This document shows, one piece after another, positions 23,775 to 36,716 of a stretch of DNA of 64,000 nt. A program made the translations under genes and the position numbers. Source of the DNA: Amphiscolops sp. MND2022. Lineage: Eukaryota. The DNA is taken from assembly GCA_964187785.1 (NCBI GenBank), contig OZ076412.1, positions 25,792,001-25,856,000 of the forward strand, given 5' to 3'. Position 1 is the stretch's first letter, and each line of letters opens with the position of its first letter. Below the pieces are notes generated by a model. It was not told the DNA's origin. It worked only from the letters and a program-made list of their open reading frames with translations, and did not search any database.

Positions 23775-26459
23775 AACTGCGCTGTGTCAAACTAAATATA
23801 ACAAAACCTTTTCTCAATGTTTTTCATTACATAGTCATTTTGACCGTTGTTTAAAAAAAAATTCCGATTCATGTTTACGTTGGTAATATCAGGAAACCAA
23901 TTTCTACTATCAACTGTTGAAACTTTGTTCAAAACTTGGAATTTTTAAACTAAGAGTTACAATCAAATTGTCTTCACAGTAGTAATTTATGGTAGGTATT
24001 TTCACGTTAACAAGGTAAGACAGTAATTTTTGAGTTAGGTTTTTAAAATCCTTGTTCCAACTAAAGCTTTGTTTCAAAACGCACCCAAAATATTGTGATC
24101 ATTTCAATTTTGCTACTTCCAAATTGTAGAGCTTGAACGCTTTTAGGAATTTCTAAAAACGACTTTCCTGACGCCAGTTTTTTGCAGAAAAAACGCATGA
24201 AAAGCTCATTTGAACTATAGTTTTGGACTTCTCGCGTTATTTTATTCGATTATTCGACCATACCTGAATTTACTGAAAATATCGAAGATTTTAAAATAGC
24301 TTTTTCATAAAGTGCATATTATCATTCAATCCAGTTGAATATAATCCAACTACTAACCTGCTCTCAAAATTTATCAGGTTATTTTCAGAACGGTTTAGGC
24401 TTTATTAACAAAACTAAAGATGCAAGTTTTAGGATAGAGCTAGATTTAATTCAGGAAGGAGAGATATAAAGAATGATCTGAACCTCGAAGCGGATCGTTC
24501 AGGTTATTATTTGGTCAATAATTCGCATCTCCAGACAAAACTACCTTCTTTCAAGTTTACATTCAAAACATACCTTTGCTTGCACCAAGTGCTAGAGTAT
24601 ACTCATATCGCAGGTTTCGCCAACTATGACCTTTATCTTTCATCTCAATACTTCAATAATTGGTTCAATTGCATAGCGTCATTTAGAAAGAAGTTTGCGT
24701 CTGACAGAGCTGAGAAAACTGATGTTTGACTTCAAAGCAATTGATTCGAATTCCCTTGAATGAAACGCAGCTTTCTTTGGAACTCCTGGATTTTGTCTGC
24801 AAGAATGTCTTTCTTGAACCGCTATGATCACATTACATTCTGTGCTATTTGGTCAGTTCCTTCTTGCAACTTTCTCAAGCTACTATTGATCGGAGTCTTC
24901 AAAAGAATCACGTGTCAATTAAATTCATCACCATATTCAACTTTTAACAACTGAAGAAAAAATTTATCTCATTTTTAGTGATAGTTTTTTTTGAAAGACT
25001 TTCATTTTTATCACTTGCTCTTCTATCGAACGCAGAAGACCTCATTCCGGATGTTACTATTTGCCGTGTTATAAATTGACGCTTTTTCAGAAATGTAGGG
25101 TCAATATAGTTACATTTTTCTCCAGCTGTTTCTAAGTAGAAAGTCCCAGATGAAGGAGTTAGTAAAGTTAATTTACTTGGATGTTATAAAGAAACAAAAA
25201 TCAGTTTGATACCCTAGTTGAGACTGCTGCAACTTTTTACATGCTGCAGGCCTGCATGCAGGGTAATTTTTTATAAAACCTAGAAAATTCAGTAAGGTTC
25301 CGGTGGTAAATCTTGTAGAATTACACTGCATTTTCCACTACTGCAATTGTATTTGAAAATATTTCACACTTTTTTACGGACACGATCACGTTGTATTCAC
25401 ACATTGATTTCTCAAATACTCATCTGATTTAATCACCGCTTCTCAAATAGGACGTTGAAGATGACGCTAGTTTGCTGTTTACATTGTGAATGAAGTTAAT
25501 TTGCATTAAAATGGCGGCAAAATTGCTGACGTCTCAGTTGCATTTAAAATTAGAACTGATGCATATTGAAACCTGCAAAACTTCAAGGCTTAAAATTGCC
25601 GCCAAAATGTTGATGATTCGTTTGAGCAGCTTGATAAATGTTGGCGACAGCAGGGAAATATCAACGCATTAAAGCTTCCGTAAGATATTTAGAAAATCAT
25701 AATAAAAGTTGATGGCAACATTAAAGTACATATAAAAAGTTCAAGCATGTTCAACAAGGGTAATGTATATACATGAATATAATCATAAATATATGTAATG
25801 TGAAAAACTATAAAACCTCAACTTTATTGAAAACAATCACATCCAAAAGGACGAGGAAGGGGCACTAGTGCTCTTCGTGTCCTCGCCCCCGAGAACCAAA
25901 CCTGGCACATGTTTCTTTGTACCTTGAAGTTAATTTTATCTTTAAAAATAGTTGTACCTTAGAGACTTTCAGAAAAAGACTGAAAAAAGGTGTTTATTAT
26001 CTCTAATGTAAAAGTAACAATTTTCTGTATACATGAACTTTATTGCCCTGGGTTCATACTCTCAAGTTTTGAAAGTAATAATTCCATCCACGTCAACCAT
26101 TTGTAGGTTTTCAGAAAGCGTTCTCCAGTGATTTTCGTTTTACGACAGTTCTGTTGAAGCTGGAAGAAAACAGACCTTTCAATGTCCACCAAGTTATGAA
26201 AATACTCGTAGGAATGTTCAATTTTCCAAAATACCCCATTGGTACTTCCAGACGATGTTTTTTGAATAGTTCTTCCTTTCACTAGCTCGATAATGCCGAG
26301 TTCAAAAGCAGTCTGAATTTTGTTTTGCTTTAGTACGTCCTTTAGTGTATCACGTTTCGTTCTGGAAAAAATGCTCTCGAAATTCTCCTTTGTGCGCTTT
26401 CAACTTTTTAGAATTAAATTTTGCAGCTGACCCTTAAGCAAGTATACCATAGCAAAAGA

Positions 26460-27345
26460 CCTACTGAGCAAAGGAATCGTAAAACATCAAGAGACATTTC
26501 CTAGGATACAAATGACGCACTCATTATGTCAGTCCACACAAGTTGTTTAGATTTTTGACAACGTAATCAATCTGCCCTGTAACCCTCAAACAACTATCTA
26601 AGTGTATTCACAAATCTTTGCCAGATTGTTTCTACGGAACTAGTTTATCGAAACTTGAGATTTGGCTAAATTTATATGCTCCAAAGGAAATAGCCTCGCA
26701 CTTTTTAACGTTTACAGTTAGTTTATTACAATGGAACCAATCTGTCCTTTTCCGTAAGTCTTTTCCTACGAGGGGATCTGAAATTTTGCCAGAGTTTACA
26801 ATAGTAGTATTATCTGCAGACACGACAATTTTATTATTCTCAATGACCAGGTGCAGATCGTTCACATAACGCAGAAAAAGAAACGGCCTTAGAATAGAAG
26901 CTTGTGGCACGCCTGTTTCTATTTTCACTCTTGCTAGAAGCGAGATTTTCGTAGCAGAGACAAATTGCCAACGATCTTGACGATAACTACTCAATAAATC
27001 ATTCAACTGGTCCCCTTAAACCATATTTTTCTAACTTCGTTCAAAGGATGCCATGATCAAGAGTATCGAACGTTTTTCGAAGATCTCTGAAACACGCATG
27101 ACCTGTACGTTTTGCTTCTCTTTCATTTCGCATGTACTCTGTTACTGTATTATTCGCATCTTCACATGAAATTTTTGATCTGAATCCGAATTGGATAGGC
27201 GTTAAGATATTGTATTCCTGGCAAAGTTTGATCATACGCTTGTGTAACAATTTTTCAAATACTTCGCTTACGGAACTCAGCAGACTACTTGGTCTGTAAT
27301 TCTCAGTTGATATATCGCCTGTTTTGAACAAATTACTTTTGCTGT
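26460..27345 (-). pseudogene. Non-LTR (CR1/L2-like) reverse transcriptase relic
   Basis: ENYRPSSLL, QFGFRSK, DLRKTFDTLDHGIL, GVPQASIL, YVNDL, ADNTTI across frameshifts. Confidence 0.85.
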
Positions 27346-28490
27346 TGGAGTTACAACGCTGGCTTTGACATTTCTGCTAGCAGAAGCCCGTAGGTTCGGT
27401 TTCCGGTAAAGACCAAATCTTTGACACTTTAAAACTGAAATATAACTATGACTATGATGCATTTTCTGGAAAAAATAGGGTAATTACCTTGCAAAAGATG
27501 AGGATTCGAATCTAAACAATACCGATTTTCGAACCTTTCCGAATTGCAATCATCGATAGCTATTTCAGTTCCTCTCGTTCCGTATATCGTGAAATGTGTT
27601 CGGATACATATAACAAATTTTGGATAAGACCCTTGGATAAGATTGAGTTTTACCCTATATGGGTTGTTTTCTAAGTTTTGATGAAGCAATTAAAACCAAA
27701 TAGACTACACTGTTTCAATAAATGAATCACCTCGCATTCATCATCAAAAATTTTTGTCTCCAATATGTATAACTTTATCCGAATTTAAAAACACAATTTT
27801 AGATGAAGCAAAATCCAAACAAATTCTGATGAGCGCGAAGCTCCTAGTTCGAATTTTTTGAGTTATAAAAAATTCCAGAATTTCCTGGAAAACGCCAAAT
27901 GATCAAATTTAGATTTTGGGCTTTTTGAGCAATAAGCGACTTGTTCTGACTCCGCATATTTGCGACTCATCCAAGGAGCCAACCTTGAAGTGTTTTTATT
28001 AGATTTGTTCTGTGAAACTCGAATTGTAAACTAGATAAGACCAAACTGTTTTCGGCGCTTAGTTTTTCTGACACTTTCTGACCCCACAGCAACCACCGGT
28101 CGCGCATTTTTGGGTCTGTGAGGTTTTCGAAGTTCAATGAAACACCATTGAGAATGTTCAAAAATCGTTGCGTTTTTTGCTCTTTCGGAGGAGCGTTTCT
28201 AATGAGGCTTGCGTTTCCTATTCGTTCGCTATGTGAAAATAAAAAGTAGATATGCAGATCTGTCATTCAACGATATGCAGATCTGTCATTCAACGTCAGA
28301 TCCAAGAACGCACGTCTAGTTGGTTTGTTAAAAAAATGTTCTCACTTGCTCGATAGCAGAATATTGTTTCCAGATTCAATTTTTGGGAGATTATGATGGT
28401 TTTAGCTCCCCGTAGTATCCGAAAAGGCGCCGACTAAGAAAAGCAGAAGTGCTTATTCGGCGTCCACTCCGCGAAATTGGGGAAATTAAC

Positions 28491-28534
28491 TTTCTTCTTC
28501 TTCTTCTTCTTCTTCTTCTTCTTCTTCTTCTTCT
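28491..28534. repeat. (CTT)n microsatellite
   Basis: About 14 direct CTT units. Confidence 0.95.
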
Positions 28535-28670
28535 GCTTTGGAAACATCTATAAAGCCTGAATAAAACGGCTCATAGTGTTCTATTCGTCGAATAGCTATT
28601 GAAGATCAACCGGTAAAAAACAGAATCAGGTTTGAGTCTCTCTCAATCCAGCATTGATTTCAATTTTGGA

Positions 28671-28850
28671 GATCATGGTGAAGTGGTTAGATCATTAGGC
28701 TTGCATTGGTGCGGTATCAGGTTCGAATCTCTCTCAAGAGTGTCAGTCGTCACATCAGACGGTCCAAGCAGAGCGTTTCCATTACTCCTGGCTTGGGAAT
28801 TACTTGCAGCGTTACCAGACTCCGTGTCAGCGTTGGGCAGAATATTTATT
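28671..28850 (+). mobile_element. tRNA-derived SINE-like element
   Basis: TGGTGAAGTGGTTA A-box and GGTTCGAATC B-box followed by a non-tRNA body. Confidence 0.5.
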
Positions 28851-31733
28851 TTTCAAGTTAGACTATCAATTTTATAGACTATCAATCAAAAGATATTCTC
28901 TGAAGATTTTTAATTCATCTTTCGATAATTTCTTCCAGATCTAATTTTTTCAATAAGCGTTTGCGATTTTAACTCGACAAAATTTTAATGACGAATTTGA
29001 TCCGTTGCCAGATAATCATCCCAGTCATCATTTAGGTATGTTTCATAGTTGGAGCTCGTGGGATTGATCGGAATATTGTTGATCGGAACTGTTTTAATAT
29101 ATATCATTTCTGACACCGAAATTTTTATTTTCCCTCCATATTTCTTATGGGAAAGGAAAATATTTGAATCGGCCGTCTTTTCCCCCGAAATTTCCAATAT
29201 TCCAAATTTATATCTAACTTGAAGGGTGTCACCCAAAGAAGTCAACTAACATAAATTTGTAGAGTTTGGGTATAATCAAAATGACCCCGGAATGACACAA
29301 AAATGACCCCAAAAACGACAAAAACCAAGAATTCGTTGATTAGAACTTTAAAACGTTCAACAAAGAAAAAATTCTTTGTCCAGTAGACTTTTCAGACGAT
29401 GTAGAGGAAGCTTTTCAATAGAAATATGCCTCAAATTGAACCCGAAAATGACAAAAACACCAAAACGTTTAACGTTTCCATGCAATTTTTGTCAAATTTT
29501 TGGGAGCACGTTTTGAATTAGCACCGTGATAAACGTTCAATAACAAACAATTTCGTTGTCTGATAGGCTTTTTGCGACATCAATTTTTAAAACATAAATT
29601 TCAAACTTTTACAACCTTTTGAATTTTTAACACAATTTACGTGAAATTTTCAAAAACTTCGCGGATTAGTCGAACTTCGGAACAGTTGAACAACAATCGA
29701 CTTCGTTGTCCAGATGGCATTTTGAAGAGCTGAATGCATTTTTCATTAGATATATGAAACAAAAGAATATGCAATAAATTGACCACAAAAAAGTCGAAAA
29801 CTCCAAACTTTTTCAGTTTCTATCATTTTTCATGCAATTCGTGTACAATTTCTGAAAATTTGTTTGGGTCAGAAGGTTCAAACTGTTTGAGTTGTGAATT
29901 TTTATTATTTCCGCGACAGCAGGAATAGTATTGAAATCTGAACTTATTTTTGCTCTTCTTTTTTTTAAAAAATTTCCAATTTTCTTAATTCATGTGTACA
30001 ATACCTATCTTAAATGGCATTTCTAATTTTCATTTTATGTTGGGAATTTAGCATATTTTTTCTCAGTTAACTTTTGTACGCGGTTCGAGTACCAACTGAA
30101 AAACTCAAATACATTGTTCAGCAGTAAATATAAGCGTGAGATTTAACTTTCTCAAGCTGCTGGCTACCATTCGTTTCTCGTGGTAATTATGCTTTCGTAC
30201 GCCAAGTTTTTGAAATGGAACCAACGAGTGTTAATTATTCGATCGCTGAGAGCTTCGCCTGCATTTGAGTGCAAATACGAAACTTCGTCTACGCTAAATA
30301 AGTAGTCATACTTTCTTTAGTCCGAGAACAATTAAAGGCGGTGTAAACTGGTACAGTAAACAAAGGTGCGCTGTATTATGATTAAGCATTATAGTGTTTA
30401 GTTATTCCAGATATGCTTCTATTAATGAACATGAAAGCCTAGAAAGCTGAAATAAAAATGTGTCCCGCATGGGCCTATTTTTTCATTCAGTTTTCGTAAG
30501 ATTTTCAAAACATTAGCTGATGCAAAATATTCAAAATGTTCCAAAGTGAACAAACTAAATTTTAAGTAGTTTTTTTGAATACATAACTGCAGTTGAAATT
30601 GGCCATAAAAACTGAAACAAAAATTAGCAAAGCAAATTTTTGAGAAAATGGTCTCGATCTTTTTTTTCATTTTTGTTTTAGATTAGAGCATTCATTGACC
30701 TAAACGTTGAAACAAAGGCAATTCAAAGCGCTTTTCGGGAGAGAAAAAAGGAGAAAGTTCCTCGAAAATGTTATCAAAGGTTCAGAAAGTCAGACATTTC
30801 CAAATTTTGACACACTTCGAATTTCTCACATTTTCCGGATGTTTTCCTAATTTCGAAAATTCAGCAGGCTCAGTATCAACACGCGTTCCAAATTGAAATC
30901 GGACAAAATCGTCATCGAAATCGTCTTAATGTTTTTGACCCTTTTTGGCCAAGTATTATTCAATAGGCTCCGGGCGAAATTCATAGCTAATTAGTCCGCT
31001 CTTTGAAGGAAAACTTTTCTGGATAGAAAAATAACCGCAGAATGACCCAATGTCCCAACAATTTTGAAAGACTTCGTGCAAAATTATTTAATATTTTGTA
31101 GGTTAGCTACTGGTATCCACACAGTTCGAGAAAACAATTAGGTATTTAGCGTTTCTTTGAATTGGAAATTTCTTTGGGAAATGTGATGACAACATGAATC
31201 AAAAAGAAAGAACTCAGATATCAACGATTTGCTCGACCATTTCTTTGTAAACCATCTGGGCATGAGAATCAAATTTTTGAAAACTAGGTTTTTTTAGGCC
31301 CATCGAGTATGTTTGTGTCATTTTCCGGGGTCACGGGTTTCTGGCATTGTCCGAGAAAACGCCATTTTATGGTCAGAAACGGCATGTCAGGCATTTTTCG
31401 GGAAAGACGGATAAATTCCTACTACTAATGATCATGCATCCTATCGATACGCTCGACTCAGAAAATAAAAGCTCAACTGAGAGTTGAAATTAATGCAACT
31501 TTCGTTGTTCTAACATTCGGCTACTATCAACTTCAAACTTCCTCGCTACTCACCCTTGTTGAACGAATCAGCAGCGGAAAATGTTTTGTTTTACACACTA
31601 TGTATATGATTAAAATAACTGCAACTTGGAAAAAATATTATCCTCTTTGCAAAAATCTTCTCCCAATTTCGAAGTTTTTGAAGAATGAGATTGAGCAACA
31701 ATGTCAGATTAACTGCAATAAAATGTCCATAGA

Positions 31734-31883
31734 CTAGTTCAATTGTGTATCCAGCAAGTCTTTATCGCTCTGTAGCAACTTCATGGTCCTTCCAGCCACT
31801 GCCAGATGGATGACGTCAAGAAGGATGGCCGAGCCCGTGAGAATGGCCAGCACAATCATCACATTTGTAATCTCAGTTACCAC
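31734..31883 (-). CDS. Tetraspanin, last exon (TM4 and tail)
   Basis: ttttggttcag| acceptor; VVTEITNVMIVLAILTGSAILLDVIHLAVAGRTMK..LN*; phase 0. Confidence 0.8.
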   Translation of the reverse strand: MVTEITNVMIVLAILTGSAILLDVIHLAVAGRTMKLLQSDKDLLDTQLN

Positions 31884-32850
31884 CTGAACCAAAATCACAA
31901 TTCAGGTCCCATTCAGACAGCGAGATTGTTGTGCCTTGTTAAAAAGGTGAAAACTAGATTTTTAAAAACGTATTTGTAGTTTTTAAAAAGTGTAAAGTCC
32001 GAACAAAAGTAACCAAAAAGAAAGTAATTTACATTCTGACTACATAATAAAATATAAAAACAACAGTATTGCAATTTTGCTACTTTTACTTCCATAGTTT
32101 TTTTCTTCAGTTTCAAACGTTTTCAGACAAAAGCGTTTTCATACAAAAGCAAAACAATGAGAAAAGGAAGGCTGTTGAATGGCTCCGGTGTTAAATTCAA
32201 TGATAGAATTATATATACCCGGACTGCAAGTCATATATATTTATTGCAAATTTCCCAAAAAAAGAAGACGTTATTAGGATCTAATGCCAGCCTAAGATCT
32301 AATTTGAAAATCGAATACGAGCCAACGCCTTTAATATAAAGTTTTGGCATATGCCTGGAATGTAGCATCCTAGGATCTATCGCAAAAGATCTAACAAACA
32401 TGCGAAAAAATATATATCGAAAATCAATTGTGAAGACATGGCGATTCGAGATAACGTCGTCTTAGTTGAAAGCTTTTACATAGCAGTTGTATACACACTG
32501 CCCTCGCCGTTGAAAGACCGGCTCCTACTCGATTGCTTTGCAATCTTCACTCCCGCTAGGTCTTTGCTCCTGCTCGACTTTGCCTTAAGTATCGACAATC
32601 TTAAGCAAGACGTCCGCTGGCGGCCACAGGTCGTTAGTGAATAAAGGGATGTTTTCTAAATCTCAAGAAATCCTCTCTAGCGAGTCTTTATATGGAAAAT
32701 CCACAACTTCTTGATTAAATCATGAGCGTTTGACAAGTTTGTTGTTATCGATCTCAAACAAAATTTGTAGTTAAGCATGTCAGATCGTAAGCGCTTCATC
32801 CTATTTTGTTTTTATTTCGCAAAGTTTTTCTCAAAGTGGGCATGACTGAC

Positions 32851-32985
32851 TTTGACGTTGCATCCAGATTCGAATATCTGCTTCTCCTTGTAACACGAAT
32901 CAGGGTATCTGTCACTGCTTCTGTAATCGTCCTTATTAGTCACCCCACAACATTCGTTATCCCGCTGGTAATTGTCCCAAGCTTT
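32851..32985 (-). CDS. Tetraspanin, EC2 exon
   Basis: KAWDNYQRDNECCGV..YPDSC..ESGC contains the CCG, PxSC and GC signatures; donor aaa|gtcagt; 135 nt. Confidence 0.9.
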
Positions 32986-33551
32986 CTTCAGGAGAGATCG
33001 GAACAGCTGAGACGAACAATATACCCCGAATAAGGTGGAGAGTACTCGAATATTACAAGCCTTGGTAGTTCCTGGTCGAAGCTATATGAAACAGTTGAGG
33101 ATGTAGCTCCACGTTTTATTGTTGAGACTTCGCGAATGGATGGAGGATTGAATTTTATTGACGAGTACCAGATTCTAAGGTTGTTATTGATTTTTGAAAA
33201 ACATCTAAAACCGTGTATCGAAAAATCCATGCTCAATTTTATTATTTTGCGTGCCCATATTTTCATATGAGAAAGGAGCCTTTTCATAGAAGAAATATAT
33301 ATTCTGATAATATACGCTCTGTTGGCCTTTTGTAACTTGCAAGAGGCCTCTGTTTTAAAGCGGATGCGCTATGTTTTTTTGGCAGTACGCGGTACAGTTA
33401 TTTTTGTTCCGTCGTCTTTTTTCTGACTGTAAACTTACACATTTTTTTTTACCTCGACACCGCCGAACGCACCCTATTTGCTCCTAAGTTAGCCGTACTA
33501 AACACTTGGGTGCTTTTTTGCGGCTGTTTTGTAACTTTTTCCGATCCCTGC

Positions 33552-33704
33552 CTTGATATCTGTATCTTGTCCATACTTCTGCAGAGACTCTTTCAGCCAT
33601 TGTTCAGTCTCGTTTTTGGAGCTGGCCTCAAATGTGAGCCCAATACATGTAGCTGATAAAACTAACTGCATCACCACTAGAACTGATAGGATGATAATAA
33701 ACAG
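33552..33704 (-). CDS. Tetraspanin, TM3 exon
   Basis: LFIIILSVLVVMQLVLSATCIGL..WLKESLQKYGQDTDIK; 153 nt; needs a GC donor (aag|gcaggg) to join the EC2 exon in frame. Confidence 0.8.
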
Positions 33705-33787
33705 CTTCGGGAGACATTGTTGAAAGTGGAAACTAGTCATATCTCCAAAATCAAACGTATTTTAATGTTTGTTTGAATTCAATATTC

Positions 33788-34022
33788 AAACAAGACGCCC
33801 GCTGAGCACCGGGATATTTTCCGCTTCAACTGAGTTATATATGGCCACGGTGCTCAGCTATAGCCGCAGTGCTCAGCTACAGCTTCTTTTATTTACTAGA
33901 CTGTTTTAGTTACTAGTAACTAAAATAGTCAAGTAGTGGATGGAGATTGTGGAGATTTGGCAGAATTTTGAAAAAAACGCAACACTGATTATGATTTTCC
34001 TCCCCCATTATATGTGGGTGGA
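33788..34022 (+). repeat. Short interspersed repeat with internal palindrome (copy 2)
   Basis: Same family as 12547-12730, plus a duplicated GTGCTCAGCTA(T/C)AGC. Confidence 0.75.
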
Positions 34023-34472
34023 AATTAACAAGTCTAAGTCCGACCGCAGATCAACTATAAGGAAGTTCTAAAATGAGATGTTTATATAAACTTATTATTG
34101 ATAAAGATTTTCACCATAGCGCGTAATTTTTCTTTAACTGGGCCGACTCGTGAAATGAAAACATTGATGATATAGAGAAAACTGTTACTAATGATTGAGA
34201 CTAGGTACCGGTGACTTCAAAATTGGTTCCGTAGCTAATCGGAAACAGCAAAAAAATGAAAACTCAAAGGTGAAAAAAATATATAATTGGAGATGAATTT
34301 TCTTTCATTCAAGGTTTTCTAACCAAAATCAAAAATAGTGGAAGTTTTTTTAGTTTTTTTTTCAGCTGAACAAATGTTACAACCAAAGTTAGCCAACATG
34401 GCTCGTTCTCGACATTTCATTCATGATCTCGGCTTTTTCATGGCATAACTTCCCAGTGTAAAATATCTTGAA

Positions 34473-34790
34473 ACTCTCGCAAAATTTTGCAAATTCTGGA
34501 AACCCTTGGTAAGAATCTTGGCAAGATTCTTACCAAGAGCGCCAAGAATATGTACGACCTTGCAAGATCTTGCCAGAAACTTCAAGAGAAATGCCAAATC
34601 ATGACAATCTAACCAAAAATTCATAAAATGATACTCTCGCAAAATTTTGCAAATTCTGGAAACCTTTGGTGAGAATCTTTTGCAAGATTCTTACCAAGAG
34701 CGCCAAGAATATGTACGATCGTGCAAGATCTTGCCAAGAACTTCAAGAGAAATGCCAAATCATGACAATCTAACCAAAAATTCATAAAAT
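34473..34790. repeat. 160-bp tandem duplication within a CAAGATCTTG-rich MITE family
   Basis: Units start at 34473 and 34633; the element ends in CCCGGG near 34795, like 50849-51499. Confidence 0.88.
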
Positions 34791-36355
34791 GCTACCCGGG
34801 TCATTAAGGTAACCCTGCAAGAGAAGGTTCTTTAGAGTTCTAATGTAGTCAAACGTGACACGCGTACAAATTTCACGCCCGAACGATGAATTCGAATTTT
34901 CCACCTCTTGGATTTCTTGATAAGAATTGTAACGATAAGCGCCGGCGCTTGAACTGTAACTTAGAGTGGAGGAACTAGAACAGCGAATATAATCTGGGAC
35001 TTAGATCTCCGCGGCCCTAGCTCATTTTCCCTCCGAAGGAGCCAGTCCCAAGGTGGGGGAACCGTCTTGTAAGAAACTCTCTGGCCTGGTCCCAGTCTGT
35101 AACTGCTAAAAGTAACAGTCATCTTGCATAACTCAAGACCACTGCTCAACTAGCCTTTAAAAAGGGGGCTGAAAACAAGAGGAGGTTGAGCCATAGTATT
35201 GGAGAATCTGATAAAATCGACATATCCAAATAGGTAAACATAGATGTTCAAGGGCAGCTCTCGAGCATATCAATCTACAGCAAAGAGAAATACAACAAAA
35301 TTAACAGTTTGAGTCATTTTAGTAGAAATTGACCTCGGCTCCCAGCGCTAGCGCTCGTCACCACACAGGACACTGCAGGGATACTCAGGCGAACATCTGG
35401 AACACGGGTTTCCGGTACTATAGTAGTGTCGATCTCTTGGGGATGGGCACAATACCGTGTTTTTTAGACGAAAAGTACGTCTTTTTGGTCGTTTCTTGCG
35501 TTCGCTCTTCGCGGGCGGCGATTTCTGATTTTTTGGGGTGCTTTTTCTGGCAGGTACTTCATCTTGAGCATGTTTGAGTGCCACGTCAGATTTGAACGAA
35601 TTTTTGGCAAAACTTCTGAACATGTCGAGTTGCAAAATTGGTGGATATTGCTGTACCAGAGCTTGCCGTTACAAATCTTGACAAGAATCTTGTCAAGAAA
35701 TTCAAGATTTTTTAACGGTCAAGAATACTTCAAGATCTTATCAATGGTTTCAAGAGGTAACGGGAATCTGCGGGAAAATCCAAGATCTTGGCAAGAAATT
35801 CAAGATATTTCACACTGGGTTTCGATTCCATGGCAAAATAAGATTAATTCCTTTTATCTTCTCCGCCATGGATAGGGAGCCATAATCATGACTATGATGA
35901 TAAGAAACGTTTATCCACGGAAGACCATAACAGGAAGTAACACGTTTTGTTGGCCATGGAAGGTTTAGGACATTATTAGATCACGCAATTCTGCGAATAG
36001 AAAAAAAATATGCTGATGAGAAAAATATCGAAGAATAACAATAAATGGAGTCCTGAAAACTTTCTGAAACTAATTAAAAATAACCTTATGAATGCAAATT
36101 CATGGCGTTATAATTGCATCAAGCAAGGAGTGATGAATGATTTTATTTCGGCTCCTATTAATTAGACGTATTATTGTTAGTTTCAATTCACCAAATGATC
36201 CGTGGAATTATTCTCGACATGGTGAACCCATGAATCAAGGATGGAAAGCCATGACTAGTAAATCTGGGAAGTTTGATCACTTGTGTTCTGCAATGTAACT
36301 TAGTGTCGATATTGCTTAGGAGGTTTGGGTTCAACAACCACTTTCCACAACCCAC

Positions 36356-36490
36356 CTTTAAAAGTACTGCATGGTTCTTCAAAGCAGCGCAGAATCCAAT
36401 ACAAGAAGTAACAAGTACAAAAGCAGATGTAACTATCAGCATGACAAGAATGAGCATGAAGTTACGATTTGCAATCATAACCGAGATCTC
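36356..36490 (-). CDS. Tetraspanin, TM2 exon (TSPAN13/31-like features)
   Basis: MLILVMLIVTSAFVLVTSCIGFCAALKNHAVLLK; donor aag|gtgggt; phase 0 into the TM3 exon. Confidence 0.85.
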
Positions 36491-36647
36491 CTTGTGAGTA
36501 GAGAAGGCTATGGAATTTTAAAGACGTCAAAACTCCCCAATTTGGTTTCTCGAAAAAAATTCAACTGTACTATACAGTAAATGCAATAACAAGTCTTTCA
36601 TCTTCAAGTCTTTTGAACAACAATTGGTAATGTTTTTGAATAATTAC

Positions 36648-36716
36648 CATGTTCGACTCTTTATCCAAAAATAACCATATGACGCAGCAAAAAATGCAGC
36701 AGTAACAACGGGCAGC
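36648..36716 (-). CDS. Candidate tetraspanin exon (end of TM1 / EC1)
   Basis: ctacttttttag| acceptor and atg|gtaatt donor; 69 nt reading ..CVIWLFLDKESNM, in phase with the TM2 exon. Confidence 0.45.

Noticed and set aside
28671-28740. tRNA gene (also 22945-23012 and 41590-41615)
   Set aside because: A/B boxes only; no complete acceptor and anticodon stems, so treated as SINE-like or repeat-internal.
34927-35290. Solo LTR
   Set aside because: Starts TGTAAC and has a TATA-like run, but no matching inverted end or TSD could be found.
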